Part shown: piece by piece, positions 28,056-38,761 of the stretch
How the letters are laid out: every line of letters starts with the position of its first letter
How positions within the stretch are numbered: the stretch's first letter is position 1
Assembly (NCBI GenBank): GCA_963842525.1
Contig: CAWJGT010000025.1
Location: 288,001-352,000 of the forward strand
DNA: 64,000 nt
Source of the DNA: an uncultured Holophagales bacterium
Lineage (GTDB): Bacteria; Acidobacteriota; Thermoanaerobaculia; Multivoradales; UBA5704
Direction: 5' to 3'
Notes under the pieces: model-generated
Databases searched by the model: none
Told to the model about the DNA's origin: nothing
Seen by the model: the letters and a program-made list of their open reading frames with translations, nothing else
Program-made: the position numbers and the translations under genes

Positions 28056-29230
28056 CGCGCCTCCACAGGAACGGCGAGCGGCGAGAGCCGGCGCAGCTCG
28101 GCCACCTCGCGGGCCAGGGCGGCAAGGAAGAGGTCGACCTCCTCGGGCCGGTTCTCCATGCCGAAGCTCACCCGCAGGGACGACAGCGCCTCCTCGGGCG
28201 AGAGGCCCATGGCGAGCAGGGTTTTGCTCGGCTCGACGCGGCCCGACGAGCAGGCCGAGCCGGTGGAGACCGCGAAGCCGGCGAGGTCGAGCCGGATCAG
28301 CAGCGACTCCCCTTCGACGCCGGGGAAGGCCACGTGCGAGGTGTTGGGGAGGCGCGGCGCGGCGGCGCAGTGAACGACCGCGCCGGGGACCCGCAGGGGC
28401 AGCTCCGCCTCGAAGCGGTCGCGCAGGCCGGCGAGGTGCGCGCGGCGCGCGGCCAGCTCCTCGCGGGCCGCCGCAGCAGCAGCGCCGAAGCCGGCGAGGG
28501 CCGGCACGTTCTCGGTGCTCGCCCGCCGCCGCCGCTCCTGGCTGCCGCCGACGAGCAGGCCCGAGATCCCGGCCCCCTTGCGCACCCAGACCGCCGCCGC
28601 CCCCAGAGGGCCGTGGAGCTTGTGCGCTCCCAGGGTCAGGTAGTCGACCCCCAGAGCATGGACGTCCACCGGGATCTTGCCGGCCGCCTGCACGGCGTCG
28701 CAAAGGATCGGAATGCCTCGCGCACGGCAGGCGGCGGCCACCTCGGCGACCGGCTGGAGGGTGCCGAGCTCGTTGTTGGCGAGCATCAGGCAGACCAGGA
28801 CCGTGTCGGGCCGCAGGGCGCCCGTCACGGCCGCGGCGGGGACGACACCGTCCGCTCCGGGAGACACTCTCGTCACCTCGAAGCCGCTTTCCTGCTCCAG
28901 CCGCGCCGCCGCCTCCCGCACGGATGGATGCTCGATGGCGGAGATCACCAGGTGCCCCTGGCCCGTGTTTCGCGCCAGGCGCGCCAGGTGGAAAACCACC
29001 GCGTTGTTGGCTTCTGTGCCCGAGGCGGTGAAAACGACCTCGGGCGGGCGGGCGCCGAGGAGGGCCGCAACCTGCTCGCGCGCCTCCTCCATCGCGTTGC
29101 GCGCGGCCTGGCCGAAGCGGTGCAGCGACGAGGGGTTGCCATGCTGCTCTCCCAGCCAGGGGAGCATCGCCGCCCGGGCCCGGGGGTGGAGCGGCGTCGT
29201 CGCGTTGTTGTCCAGGTACACGAAGCCCAT
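28052..29230 (-). CDS. iscS: Cysteine desulfurase (IscS/NifS family)
   Basis: YLDNNATT, GNPSS.H, DAVQ, HKLHGP, STGSACSS. Confidence 0.92.
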   Translation of the reverse strand: MGFVYLDNNATTPLHPRARAAMLPWLGEQHGNPSSLHRFGQAARNAMEEAREQVAALLGARPPEVVFTASGTEANNAVVFHLARLARNTGQGHLVISAIEHPSVREAAARLEQESGFEVTRVSPGADGVVPAAAVTGALRPDTVLVCLMLANNELGTLQPVAEVAAACRARGIPILCDAVQAAGKIPVDVHALGVDYLTLGAHKLHGPLGAAAVWVRKGAGISGLLVGGSQERRRRASTENVPALAGFGAAAAAAREELAARRAHLAGLRDRFEAELPLRVPGAVVHCAAAPRLPNTSHVAFPGVEGESLLIRLDLAGFAVSTGSACSSGRVEPSKTLLAMGLSPEEALSSLRVSFGMENRPEEVDLFLAALAREVAELRRLSPLAVPVEAR

Positions 29231-29367
29231 AAGCGAGCTATTGTAACGGGAGCGGTCTTCCCTTTCTTCCGGTGTCTCCGGCATGGGGAGAGGGGAGGCA
29301 TGGGAGTTGAATACCATGGGGCCCGTCCGGGGCTGAGCCTCGGACGTTGTCCTCTAGAGGTGAGAGC

Positions 29368-31932
29368 ATGCGCGCAACCCGAGCCCTGAAGGCGGCGCTT
29401 TCCCGCAGAGCGTCCCTCTGTGTCGTCGCATCCCTCCTGATCCCCGCCCTCCTGTACCCCGCTCCCGCGGCGGCCGAACGGCAGTCGCGCGAAGAGAAGA
29501 AGGAACAGAAGGAGGCCATCGCCAAGCTGCCGGAGAAGTACCGGCTGTGGCTGGAGGAGGTGGACGTCCTGATCACCGCCGAGGAGCGCAAGGCGTTCCT
29601 CGCCCTGGAGAAGGACTACCAGCGCGACGCCTTCATCAAGCGCTTCTGGGAGGTGCGGGACAAGTACAAGGCCACGGCGCGCAACGAGTTCCACGACCGC
29701 TGGAGCGCCCTGGTGGAAGAGGTGCGCAGCCGCTTCGGCGACCTCACCGACGAACGCGCCCGCATCATGCTGCTCAACGGCTTTCCCACCGTCGTGTTCA
29801 CCTCCTCCTGCACGCAGATCCTCTGGCCGATCGAGGCCTGGTACTACAACGGCAGCGACCAGCTCAGGGAAGACTTCCTGGTCATCTTCTACCGCCGGTG
29901 GGGGCTGGGGCCGTTCCGCATCTGGAACCCCTTGGAGGGGCTCGAGGTCCTCTTCTCGGACACCGGTGCGGGCATGGGCGCCCGGGCCCCCTCCCTCGAG
30001 CAGATCGCCAACAGTTGCCGCGACGGCGACAAGCTCGCCGGCGCCATCGGCTGGGTGCTCAACCAGCGCATGGGTTATTCGATGATCCAGGCGCGGATCG
30101 AATCGGCCGGCAAGGGCCCCGGCGGCGAGTGGGTCGCCTCCTTCGGCTCCTATTCGACGGACATCCCCGAGGGGGCTCCGGCCCTCCCGGCCAAGATGGA
30201 CGTCGAGTTCCCGGGCCGCCACCAGAACCGCACGGTCCTCCAGGGCATCCTCACGGTGCAGGCGGCGGACGCCGGCCAGGTGAAGCTCGCCGACCACCGC
30301 TCCTACAACTTCCTGGTGACCGGCGAGATCCTCCAGGACGGGCAGCTCTTCGACAACTTCCGCTACAAGTTCGACTTTCCCGGCACCGAGGCGCCCGGCA
30401 CCCAGCTCCCGCTCCTCTTCCAGCGCTATGTGCGGCCGGGCGAGTACACCCTGGTGGTCAAGCTGGAGGACGTCAACTCGGGCAAGCTCTTCCGCGCCGA
30501 GCGCGCCCTCACGGTCCCCACCGCCGACAAGGAGCTGCCGCCGCCAACCCCCGACGATCCCGAGACCGCGCAGCTGCTGGCCGAGGCCAACGCCGCCATC
30601 GCCAATGGCGAGACGACGGTGAAGATCATCCGCCCTCCGGGCGACCTGAAGACCGGCATGCAGCGCTTCGACACCCTGGCGACCGGCGACATCGCGAGCG
30701 TGACCTTCGCGCTCGAGGGCAAGCCGGTCCTCACCAAGAAGAAGCCGCCGTACAGCGTCGAGCTGGACCTGGGCTCGCTGCCGCGCCCCCGCCGGTTGAC
30801 CGTCACCGCCTTCGACCAGACCGGCGCCGAGATCGCCGGCGACGAGATGCTGGTCAACTCCACCGGCCACCGCTTCCGGGCACGGCTGGTCGATCCGCAA
30901 CAGGGCAAGACCTACGACAGCAGCCTGCTCGCCCGCGCCGACGTGGAGGCCCCCGAGGGCGAGGCGATCGAGCGGGTCGAATTCTTCGTCAACGACACCC
31001 GGGTCGCCACCCTCTTCCAGCCGCCCTGGGAGCAGCCGCTCGTGCTGCCCAAGGACCAGCAGATCGCCTACGTCCGGGTGGCGGCCTTCCTCACCGACGG
31101 CAACTCCACCGAGGACCTGGTCTTCGTCAACGCGCCGGAGTATCTGGAGAACCTCGACGTCGACATGGTCGAGCTCTACACCACGGTGCTCGACCGCCGG
31201 GGGCGCCCGGTCCAGGGCCTGGAGCAGAAGGACTTCGCGGTCGCCGAGGACGGCGCCCGCCAGGAGATCGCCCGCTTCGAGCAGGTAACCGACCTGCCGA
31301 TCCACGCCACCGTGGCCCTCGACGTCTCGGCCTCCATGACCGACAACCTCGAGCAGGCACGCGATGCGGCCCTCCAGTTCCTCCAGAAGTCGATCCGGCC
31401 CAAGGACCGGGCCGCGATCGTCACCTTCAACGACCGGCCGAACCTGGCGGTGAAGTTCACCAAGGACGTGACCACCCTGGCCGGCGGGCTCGCCGGCCTC
31501 AAGGCCGAGCGCGGCACCGCGCTCTACGATACCGTAGTTTTCTCTCTGTACTACTTCAACGGCATCAAGGGGCAGCGCACCCTGCTCCTGCTCTCCGACG
31601 GCAAGGACGAGGGGAGCCGCTTCACCTTCGACGATGCCATGGAGTACGCCCGCCGGGCCGGCGTCACGATCTACGCGATCGGCCTCGGCAAGGACGCGGA
31701 CAAGAAGAAGCTGGAGAAGATCGCCGAGGAGACGGGCGGGCGGTCCTTCTTCCCCGCCACCACCGCCGAGCTGGGCGGCATCTATGCCACGATCGAGCAG
31801 GAGCTGCGCTCGCAGTATCTGGTCGCCTACCAGTCGACCAACACGAGCGGCGCCACCGAGTTCCGCTCCGTGGACCTCAAGATCTTGCAGTCCGGGATGG
31901 AGGCCAAGACGATGCGGGGCTATTACCCGTGA
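29368..31932 (+). CDS. Exported GWxTD-like/Ig-like/VWA protein (paralog 1)
   Basis: Signal peptide; Y..WL.EV..LIT.EE..AFL...R..FI..FW..RD...NEF; MIDAS DVSAS..T..LSDG. Confidence 0.85.
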   Translation: MRATRALKAALSRRASLCVVASLLIPALLYPAPAAAERQSREEKKEQKEAIAKLPEKYRLWLEEVDVLITAEERKAFLALEKDYQRDAFIKRFWEVRDKYKATARNEFHDRWSALVEEVRSRFGDLTDERARIMLLNGFPTVVFTSSCTQILWPIEAWYYNGSDQLREDFLVIFYRRWGLGPFRIWNPLEGLEVLFSDTGAGMGARAPSLEQIANSCRDGDKLAGAIGWVLNQRMGYSMIQARIESAGKGPGGEWVASFGSYSTDIPEGAPALPAKMDVEFPGRHQNRTVLQGILTVQAADAGQVKLADHRSYNFLVTGEILQDGQLFDNFRYKFDFPGTEAPGTQLPLLFQRYVRPGEYTLVVKLEDVNSGKLFRAERALTVPTADKELPPPTPDDPETAQLLAEANAAIANGETTVKIIRPPGDLKTGMQRFDTLATGDIASVTFALEGKPVLTKKKPPYSVELDLGSLPRPRRLTVTAFDQTGAEIAGDEMLVNSTGHRFRARLVDPQQGKTYDSSLLARADVEAPEGEAIERVEFFVNDTRVATLFQPPWEQPLVLPKDQQIAYVRVAAFLTDGNSTEDLVFVNAPEYLENLDVDMVELYTTVLDRRGRPVQGLEQKDFAVAEDGARQEIARFEQVTDLPIHATVALDVSASMTDNLEQARDAALQFLQKSIRPKDRAAIVTFNDRPNLAVKFTKDVTTLAGGLAGLKAERGTALYDTVVFSLYYFNGIKGQRTLLLLSDGKDEGSRFTFDDAMEYARRAGVTIYAIGLGKDADKKKLEKIAEETGGRSFFPATTAELGGIYATIEQELRSQYLVAYQSTNTSGATEFRSVDLKILQSGMEAKTMRGYYP

Positions 31933-32137
31933 CCTCACCCCCTGTCCCCCTCTCCCATCGCCCCCCCTTCCCCCGGGAGAGGGGGGACGTAGTTGTGGCC
32001 GTCTGCCCGACAGGAACTTGAAGCGATCAGGAAAGTTCCTTTTCCTTGGGAGACTGATCATGCGCAAGGGCATCGCCTGCGTCCCCCCTCTCCCGGCCGG
32101 TGGGGGGGCGATGGGAGAGGGGGACAGGGGGTGAGGT
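31932..32137. repeat. G/C-rich palindromic REP/MITE-like element
   Basis: ACCTCACCCCCTGTCCCCCTCTCCCATCGCCCCCCC and its reverse complement flank an AT-richer core; related copies at 41725 and 51371. Confidence 0.85.
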
Positions 32138-34785
32138 TCTTCCTCCCCCTCTCCCTCCTCGCCGCCGTGGCGTGGGCCGCGGGGCCGCCCCCGGTCACGC
32201 CGCCGCCGTCGAGCCCTCCCTACAAGGTCCTGCGCGAGCTGCGCGAGGCCGTCGACAAGCTCCCCGAGAAGTACAGGCAGTGGGTGCTGGAGGTCGACCC
32301 GATCCTCACGCCGGACGAGAAGAAGGCCTTCCTCGCCCTCACCAAGGACTACCAGCGCGACGCTTTCATCGAGCGCTTCTGGGCGGTGCGGGATCCAGAG
32401 CCGCGCACCGGCCGCAACGAATTCCGCGGGCGCTGGGAGGCCAAGGTCCAGGAGGCCCGGCTCCGCTTTCCCGACCTCCGGGACGTACGCGCCCACATTT
32501 TCCTGCTCAACGGCGCGCCCACGGAGACCCTCGAGTCCAATTGCCCGCTGATCCTCTGGCCGCTCGAGGTCTGGTTCTACGCCGAAGCCGAACGGGTCCA
32601 CGAGGAGTTCGTCGCCGTCTTCTACCGCAAATGGGGCGAGAAGGACTTCCGGCTCTGGCACCCCAGCGAGGGGATCGACGCCCTGTTCGCCAATGGCGTG
32701 GGGCAGGGAGGAGGCGAGAGCGGCGGCGTGGCCAGCCAGGGTGGGGGCGGGAACCCGGAAAGCCCGCGCAACGGCGACAGGGGATCGACGACCGCGGCGG
32801 AAAACGTCCTCGACCGGCTCACCAATCCGATCTCCGGCTGCGGTGACACCGACAAGTCGATGAAGATCGCCGCGGCCCTGCGGTGGCCCGGCTCGAAAGG
32901 CATGGGCTACGAGATGCTCCGGGCGCGCTTCGAGAGGGCGCTGGAGGGGCCGGGCAAGGAATGGGTCGCCACCTTCGGCTCCTATTCGACCGACTTGCCG
33001 GAGGGGGCCGAGCTCCTGCCCGGGAAGCTCGCGGTCGACTTCCCCGGCCGGCGCCTGAGCCAGACCGTCCTCCAGGGGGTGGTCACCGTCATCGCGGCGG
33101 ACGCCGGGGCGGCCGTGTTCGAGGGCTACCGGTCGTGGAATTTCCTGCTCACCGGCGAGGTCCTCCGCGACGGCCAGCTCTTCGACAACTTCCGTTACAA
33201 GTTCGACTTCCCCGCGGGCGAGGAGAGCTTCCCCCTGGTCTTCCAGCGCTTCCTGCGGCCCGGCGAGTACACCCTGGTCCTCAAGGTGGAGGACGTCAAT
33301 TCCGGCAGGATCTACCGCGAGGAGCGCCCGCTGGCGGTGCCCCGGCGGGAGGAGGAGGCCACGGCGACCGCCACTCCGGCGAGCACCGATCCCACCGACG
33401 CGAACGACCTGGAGACGGCGCGCCTGCTCACCGAGGCGAACGCCGCCCTGGGCACCGGCGAGCCGACGATCCGGCTCGTGCCACCGCACGGCGAGCTGCA
33501 GACCGGCATGCTGCGCTTCGACACCCTGGTGACCGGCCCGCGCGTCGCCGGGGTGACCTTCCAGCTCGACGGCAAGCCGGTGCTCACCAAGAAGAGGCCT
33601 CCCTACAGCGTGGAGCTGGACCTCGGCTCCCTGCCGCGCCCCCGGACGCTCACGGTGACCGCCTTCGACGAGGAAGGCGCCGAGGTCGCCAGCGACGAGC
33701 TGCTGATCAACGCCGCGGTCCACCGCTTCCGGGTCGAGCTCGTGGAGCCCCGGCGGGGCCGGCACTACCAAGGGAGCCTGCTCGCCCGCGCCGAGGTCGA
33801 CACACCCGAGAGCGGGGCCGTCGAGCGGGTGGAATTCTTCCTCGACGAGACCCGGGTGGCGACCCTCTTCCAGCCCCCGTGGGAGCAGCCGGTCGTGCTG
33901 CCGCCGGAGGGGGCGCTCGCCTACGTGCGGGCTGTCGCCTACCTGACCGACGGCAACTCCACCGAGGATCTGGTGTTCGTCAACGCGCCGGAGAACATGG
34001 AGGAGATCGACGTCGACCTCGTCGAGCTCTACACCACGGTGCTCGACCGCAAGGGGCGCCCGGTCTCCGGCCTCGGCGGGCAGGACTTCGCCGTCTTCGA
34101 GGACGGCACCCGCCAGGAGGTCGTCCGTTTCGACCGGTTGACCGACCAGCCGGTCCACACCGCCGTGGCGATCGATGTCTCGGCCTCGATGGAGGAGAGC
34201 CTCGACCAGGCGCGCCAGGCCGCCCTCGGCTTCCTCAAGAGCACGATCCGGCCCAAGGACCGGGCCGCGGTCATCACCTTCAACGACCATCCGAACCTGG
34301 CGGCCAAGTTCACCAGCGACCTGGGCGTGCTGGCGGGCGGCCTCGCCGGGCTCAAGGCGGAGCGCGGCACGTCGCTCTATGACGCTCTGATCTTCTCGCT
34401 CTACTACTTCAACGGCATCAAGGGCCAGCGCGCCCTGCTGCTGGTCTCCGACGGCAAGGACGAGGGGAGCCGCTTCGGCTTCGAAGAGGCGTTGGAGTAC
34501 GCCCGCCGGGCCGGCGTGACGATCTACACCATCGGCCTGGGCAAGGAGGCGGACAAGAGGAAGCTGGAGCGGATCGCGGAGGAGACCGGCGGCCGGTCGT
34601 TCTTCCTGCGCGACGCCGCCGAGCTGGCGGGAATCTACGCCGCGATCGAGGAGGAGCTGCGGTCGCAGTACCTGATCGCCTACCAGTCGACCAACACCAC
34701 GGGCTCGAACGCTTTCCGCACGATCGACTTGAAGGTCGGCCGGTCGGGGCTGGAGGCGAAGACGATTCGGGGGTACTACCAGTGA
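32131..34785 (+). CDS. Exported GWxTD-like/Ig-like/VWA protein (paralog 2)
   Basis: Same architecture as paralog 1 with long identical stretches; MIDAS DVSAS; GTG start chosen because a signal peptide follows. Confidence 0.82.
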   Translation: MRFFLPLSLLAAVAWAAGPPPVTPPPSSPPYKVLRELREAVDKLPEKYRQWVLEVDPILTPDEKKAFLALTKDYQRDAFIERFWAVRDPEPRTGRNEFRGRWEAKVQEARLRFPDLRDVRAHIFLLNGAPTETLESNCPLILWPLEVWFYAEAERVHEEFVAVFYRKWGEKDFRLWHPSEGIDALFANGVGQGGGESGGVASQGGGGNPESPRNGDRGSTTAAENVLDRLTNPISGCGDTDKSMKIAAALRWPGSKGMGYEMLRARFERALEGPGKEWVATFGSYSTDLPEGAELLPGKLAVDFPGRRLSQTVLQGVVTVIAADAGAAVFEGYRSWNFLLTGEVLRDGQLFDNFRYKFDFPAGEESFPLVFQRFLRPGEYTLVLKVEDVNSGRIYREERPLAVPRREEEATATATPASTDPTDANDLETARLLTEANAALGTGEPTIRLVPPHGELQTGMLRFDTLVTGPRVAGVTFQLDGKPVLTKKRPPYSVELDLGSLPRPRTLTVTAFDEEGAEVASDELLINAAVHRFRVELVEPRRGRHYQGSLLARAEVDTPESGAVERVEFFLDETRVATLFQPPWEQPVVLPPEGALAYVRAVAYLTDGNSTEDLVFVNAPENMEEIDVDLVELYTTVLDRKGRPVSGLGGQDFAVFEDGTRQEVVRFDRLTDQPVHTAVAIDVSASMEESLDQARQAALGFLKSTIRPKDRAAVITFNDHPNLAAKFTSDLGVLAGGLAGLKAERGTSLYDALIFSLYYFNGIKGQRALLLVSDGKDEGSRFGFEEALEYARRAGVTIYTIGLGKEADKRKLERIAEETGGRSFFLRDAAELAGIYAAIEEELRSQYLIAYQSTNTTGSNAFRTIDLKVGRSGLEAKTIRGYYQ

Positions 34786-34806
34786 CCGGCCGAAGCCGGG
34801 CGACCC

Positions 34807-35475
34807 TTACGGCTCGAAGCCCTGGCCGAAGCGGGCGATCTTCTCCTGGATCTCGCCGACGATCCGGCGCAGGGCGGCGAGGTCGGTGGCGCTGAGATGA
34901 GCGGCCAGCTCCTGGAACAGGGGCTCGATCTCGGGCCGGTAGCGGTAGAGGAGGGTCAGGATGTCCGTCTCGTAGAGGGCCACGCGGACCAGGTCACCCT
35001 GGCGGTAGAGGGACGGCAGGGCATAGAGCTTCAGGATCAGCAGCCCCTCCACCGTGGCGCAGGGGACCTCCCGCTCCACGAAGGGCTGGACGGTCCGGTA
35101 CCTCTGCCTCACCGTCTCGAAGAGGGGGTTGCTGGTCAGCAGGAGGTCGATCCGCAGCCCGTCGAACGTCCCGCGGACGAAGTCCTGATCGCGGCCGGTG
35201 ATCTGGATCTCGGGAAGCCCCTCCAGGGCGGAGAGGGCCAGGATCAGATCGATGTCCTCCGTGTTCCGCCCCTCGACGTACTGCAGGAGCGCGATGCCTC
35301 CGACCAGCAGGTAGTCGGTCCGCCGCTCGCTCAGGAGGGCGAAGAGACGGTCCACCGCATCCAGCAGGGCACTGTCGCTCACGGTCGCTCCACGGGGATG
35401 GCGAAAGTTGAAGAGCAAGGCGTTCCGGACGACCTTGCCGATATGGACGGGGCTCCGGGCTTCGACGGCTCGCAT
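34807..35475 (-). CDS. Nucleotidyltransferase-fold hypothetical protein
   Basis: YLLVGGIAL...RNTEDID minimal NTase motif; L..LKL; start uncertain. Confidence 0.7.
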   Translation of the reverse strand: MRAVEARSPVHIGKVVRNALLFNFRHPRGATVSDSALLDAVDRLFALLSERRTDYLLVGGIALLQYVEGRNTEDIDLILALSALEGLPEIQITGRDQDFVRGTFDGLRIDLLLTSNPLFETVRQRYRTVQPFVEREVPCATVEGLLILKLYALPSLYRQGDLVRVALYETDILTLLYRYRPEIEPLFQELAAHLSATDLAALRRIVGEIQEKIARFGQGFEP

Positions 35476-35564
35476 GTCCACCTCGGCCCCCATTCTACGC
35501 CCCGACCCGCCCCGGGCCGGAACAGGCTTGTCTCCCTCATCCCCCGGGAGTAGGATCGTACGTG

Positions 35565-38150
35565 ATGTCAGGCTCCAGCCGTTCCCTCCTGACTGCCATC
35601 GCCGCTGTCCTCCTCGCCGGAGCCGTGAGCGCTGGTCCGGCGGCCCCGCCGAAGCCCGAGACGCCTGAGACGCCTGAAGACACTGCCAACCTTCAGCCCC
35701 GGCACAAGAAGTTTCTCGAAGAGGTCGCGCCCCTGCTCCGCGATCCGGAGCGCCAGGCCTTCCTCACCCTGACTAAGGACTACCAGCGCGACACCTTCAT
35801 CCGGCGCTTCTGGGAAGTGCGCGACCCGCACCCGCAGACGGCGCGCAACGAATTCCGTGAGCGCTGGGAGGAGCGGACCGGCCTCGCCCGTGAACGCTTC
35901 GGCAACCTCGAGGAGGACCGTGCCCGCCTGCTCCTCTGGAACGGCCCGCCGAAGGCGAGCTTCCAGGCCCAGTGCGACACCCTTCTGCCGGTCGAGGTCT
36001 GGAGCTACGACGGGACCGACCGCCTCAAAGGAAGCTTCACGCTGATCTTCGTCTCGCCCCAGGGCTCCTCGCGCGGCCCCTTCCGCCTCTGGTACCCGAG
36101 CCAGGGGATCCAGGCGCTCCTTGCGCCGGAGGCCCGCCTGCGCACCCAGGACGAGGGAGGCCTCGAACAGGCCCTCGACCGCTGTCCCCGCGGCGGCGAG
36201 GTGGTCGGAGCCCTCGGGCTCGCCGCCGACTGGGGGCGCATCGAGGAGAAGGTCCAGCTCGCCCCGGACCCGGGCACCGAGTGGCTCACCACCTTCCTGG
36301 CCCGTTCGACCGACCTGCCCGGCGGAGCGCAGCCCTTCCCTGCCCAGGTCGACGTCTCCTTCCCCGCCCGCTACGGCAGCCGCACCGTGATGCAGACCCT
36401 GGTGAGCGTGCCGCGGCAGGAGGTGCAGCCGGAGCGGCTGAAGGACAGCGCGGCCTACAATTTCGTCGTCGACGGCGAGATCCTCTACCGCGGCGAGCTG
36501 TTCGAGCAGTTCCGCTACCGGTTCAACTTCCCCGAGGCCGAGGCGCAGGCGGCGACCCTGCCCATGGTCTTCCAGCGCTATCTGCGGCCAGGAAGCTACA
36601 CGCTGGTGCTGCGGATCGAGGACACCGGCGGCAAGCGCTTCTTCCGCGAGCAGAGGGAGATGGAGATCCCGCCGGTCGAGGCGGCCGGGACGGCGGTGGC
36701 CGCGGCGCCGGCATCCGCGCCTTCCCCAGGGCCGGCGCCCTCCAGTCCCGGTGCGGAGGGCGCGCTCGCCGAAGCCAACGCACCCTCCTTCGGCAGCGAC
36801 GAGCAGAGCATCCGGATCATCGCGCCGCCGCCGGGGCTGATGACCGGCAAGGCACGGCTGGAGGCCCAGACGACCGGTGACGGGATCTCCAAGGTCAGCT
36901 TCCGGCTGAACGGCAAGCCGGTTCTCACCAAGGCCCGGCCGCCCTACAGCGTCGAGCTGAACCTGGGGGACGCGCCGCGCATCCACACCCTCGAAGCCGT
37001 GGCCCTGGCCGCGGACGGCCGCGAGCTGGCGCAGGACCAGATCCTCCTGAACAGCGGCCCGCAGCGCTTCTCGCTCCGCCTCGTCGAGCCGCAGCAGGGC
37101 CGCATGTACCAGGAGAGCCTGCGCGCCCAGGCCCAGGTCGACGTGCCCGAGGGAGAGCAGCTCGACCGGGTCGAGGTCTGGTTCGGCGAGACCCTGGTCG
37201 CCACCCTCTTCCAACCCCCGTTCGTGCAGCCCATCCTGCTGCCGCCGAACGCAGGCCTGTCCTACGTCCGCGCCGTCGCCTATCTGAAGGACGGCAACTC
37301 GACCGAGGACACGGCGGTGATCAACGCCCCCGACTACATGGAGCAGATGGACGTCGACTTCGTCGAGCTCTATACGACCGTCGCGGACAAGAAGGGGAGC
37401 CCTGTCGAGGGGCTGACCGCCAAGGACTTCACGGTCGTCGAGGACGGCGTGCCGCAGGAGGTCCGGCGCTTCGAGATGGTGCGCGACCTGCCGGTCTATG
37501 CCGGCATCCTGCTCGACACGTCCTCCTCCATGGGCGAGAACGAGGGGCAGAAGCTCGACGAGGCGGTCAAGGCGGGCCTGCGCTTCTTCGAGACCGTGAT
37601 CCAGCCCAAGGACCGGGCGGCCGTCTTCACCTTCAACGACACGGCGAGCCTGGCCGTGCGCTTCACCAACCAGATCGACGTCCTCTCGGCCGGGCTGAAC
37701 GGCCTCACCGCCGAGGGGAACACGGCGCTCTACGACAGCATCATCTATACCTTGTACTACTTCGGCGGGCTCAAGGGGAAGAAGGCCATCGTCCTGCTCT
37801 CGGACGGCCAGGACGTGGGCAGCCACTACGGCTTCAACGAGGCCCTGGACTATGCGCGGCGCAGCGGCGTGGCGATCTACGCCGTGGGGATCAACCTGCA
37901 GCATCGGGACGTGGACGTCCGGTCGAAGCTGCAACGGCTGGCCGACGAGACGGGCGGCAGGCCCTTCTTCATCAACGCGGCCACCGAGCTGGGCCGGGTG
38001 TTCGAGAGCGTCGAGAGCGAGCTGCGCTCGCAGTACCTGCTGGCCTACCAGTCCTCGAAGCAGGGAGGGGACGAGAAGTTCCGCACCGTCGAGGTGAAGG
38101 TGTCCCGCCCCGGCCTCGAGGCCAAGACCATCCGGGGCTATTACCCCTGA
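35565..38150 (+). CDS. Exported GWxTD-like/Ig-like/VWA protein (paralog 3)
   Basis: Same architecture, more divergent; MIDAS DTSSS, LLSDG; ends GYYP like paralog 1. Confidence 0.85.
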   Translation: MSGSSRSLLTAIAAVLLAGAVSAGPAAPPKPETPETPEDTANLQPRHKKFLEEVAPLLRDPERQAFLTLTKDYQRDTFIRRFWEVRDPHPQTARNEFRERWEERTGLARERFGNLEEDRARLLLWNGPPKASFQAQCDTLLPVEVWSYDGTDRLKGSFTLIFVSPQGSSRGPFRLWYPSQGIQALLAPEARLRTQDEGGLEQALDRCPRGGEVVGALGLAADWGRIEEKVQLAPDPGTEWLTTFLARSTDLPGGAQPFPAQVDVSFPARYGSRTVMQTLVSVPRQEVQPERLKDSAAYNFVVDGEILYRGELFEQFRYRFNFPEAEAQAATLPMVFQRYLRPGSYTLVLRIEDTGGKRFFREQREMEIPPVEAAGTAVAAAPASAPSPGPAPSSPGAEGALAEANAPSFGSDEQSIRIIAPPPGLMTGKARLEAQTTGDGISKVSFRLNGKPVLTKARPPYSVELNLGDAPRIHTLEAVALAADGRELAQDQILLNSGPQRFSLRLVEPQQGRMYQESLRAQAQVDVPEGEQLDRVEVWFGETLVATLFQPPFVQPILLPPNAGLSYVRAVAYLKDGNSTEDTAVINAPDYMEQMDVDFVELYTTVADKKGSPVEGLTAKDFTVVEDGVPQEVRRFEMVRDLPVYAGILLDTSSSMGENEGQKLDEAVKAGLRFFETVIQPKDRAAVFTFNDTASLAVRFTNQIDVLSAGLNGLTAEGNTALYDSIIYTLYYFGGLKGKKAIVLLSDGQDVGSHYGFNEALDYARRSGVAIYAVGINLQHRDVDVRSKLQRLADETGGRPFFINAATELGRVFESVESELRSQYLLAYQSSKQGGDEKFRTVEVKVSRPGLEAKTIRGYYP

Positions 38151-38761
38151 AATCACCCCTGAGCCCCCTTCCCAGGCTGATTCTCGCCTCAGGCTCTCCC
38201 CGGCGGCGCGAGCTGCTGGCCGGGTTGGGGCTGCGCTTCGAGGTGCACCCCGCCGACGTCGACGAGACCCCGCGTCCCGGCGAGCCTCCCCGCGACTACG
38301 TCCTGCGGCTGGCCCGCGAGAAGGCCGCCGCGGTCGCCCGGTCCAGCGGGCCTGGCACGCTGGTGCTCGCCGCGGACACCGCCGTGGTGATCGACGGTGA
38401 GATCCTGGGCAAGCCCCTGGACGAGGAGGACGCCCGCCGCATGCTCCGCCTCCTCGCTGGCCGCCAGCACGAGGTGCTGACCGGCGTCGCCCTGCAGGAG
38501 GTCGAAGGACCCGGAGCCGCTGTCGTGGAGACCTCAAAGGTGCGCATGGCGCCGCTCGACGACCGGGAGATCGACTGGTACGTGGCCACCGGCGAGCCGC
38601 TGGACAAGGCCGGCGGCTACGCCATCCAGGGCCTGGGCGCCCTCTTCGTGGAGGCGGTCGACGGCAATTACAGCAACGTCGTCGGGCTGCCGGTCTCGAC
38701 GGTGTACCGGCTGTTTGCCGATCTGGGGTACGACGTCGTCACCCTTCTGGACCGCCCCTAG
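38147..38761 (+). CDS. maf: Maf family nucleoside triphosphate pyrophosphatase
   Basis: [43 protein letters not shown]; start appears non-canonical (CTG). Confidence 0.9.
   Translation: MKSPLSPLPRLILASGSPRRRELLAGLGLRFEVHPADVDETPRPGEPPRDYVLRLAREKAAAVARSSGPGTLVLAADTAVVIDGEILGKPLDEEDARRMLRLLAGRQHEVLTGVALQEVEGPGAAVVETSKVRMAPLDDREIDWYVATGEPLDKAGGYAIQGLGALFVEAVDGNYSNVVGLPVSTVYRLFADLGYDVVTLLDRP

Noticed and set aside
24844-28125. 1093-aa ORF as an MnmA-sulfatase fusion
   Set aside because: The N-terminal part is an off-frame reading of mnmA; the sulfatase has its own GTG start and lipoprotein signal at 26967
28945-34290. 1781-aa minus-strand ORF
   Set aside because: Antisense shadow of the GWxTD/VWA genes, typical of high-GC DNA; no recognisable motifs
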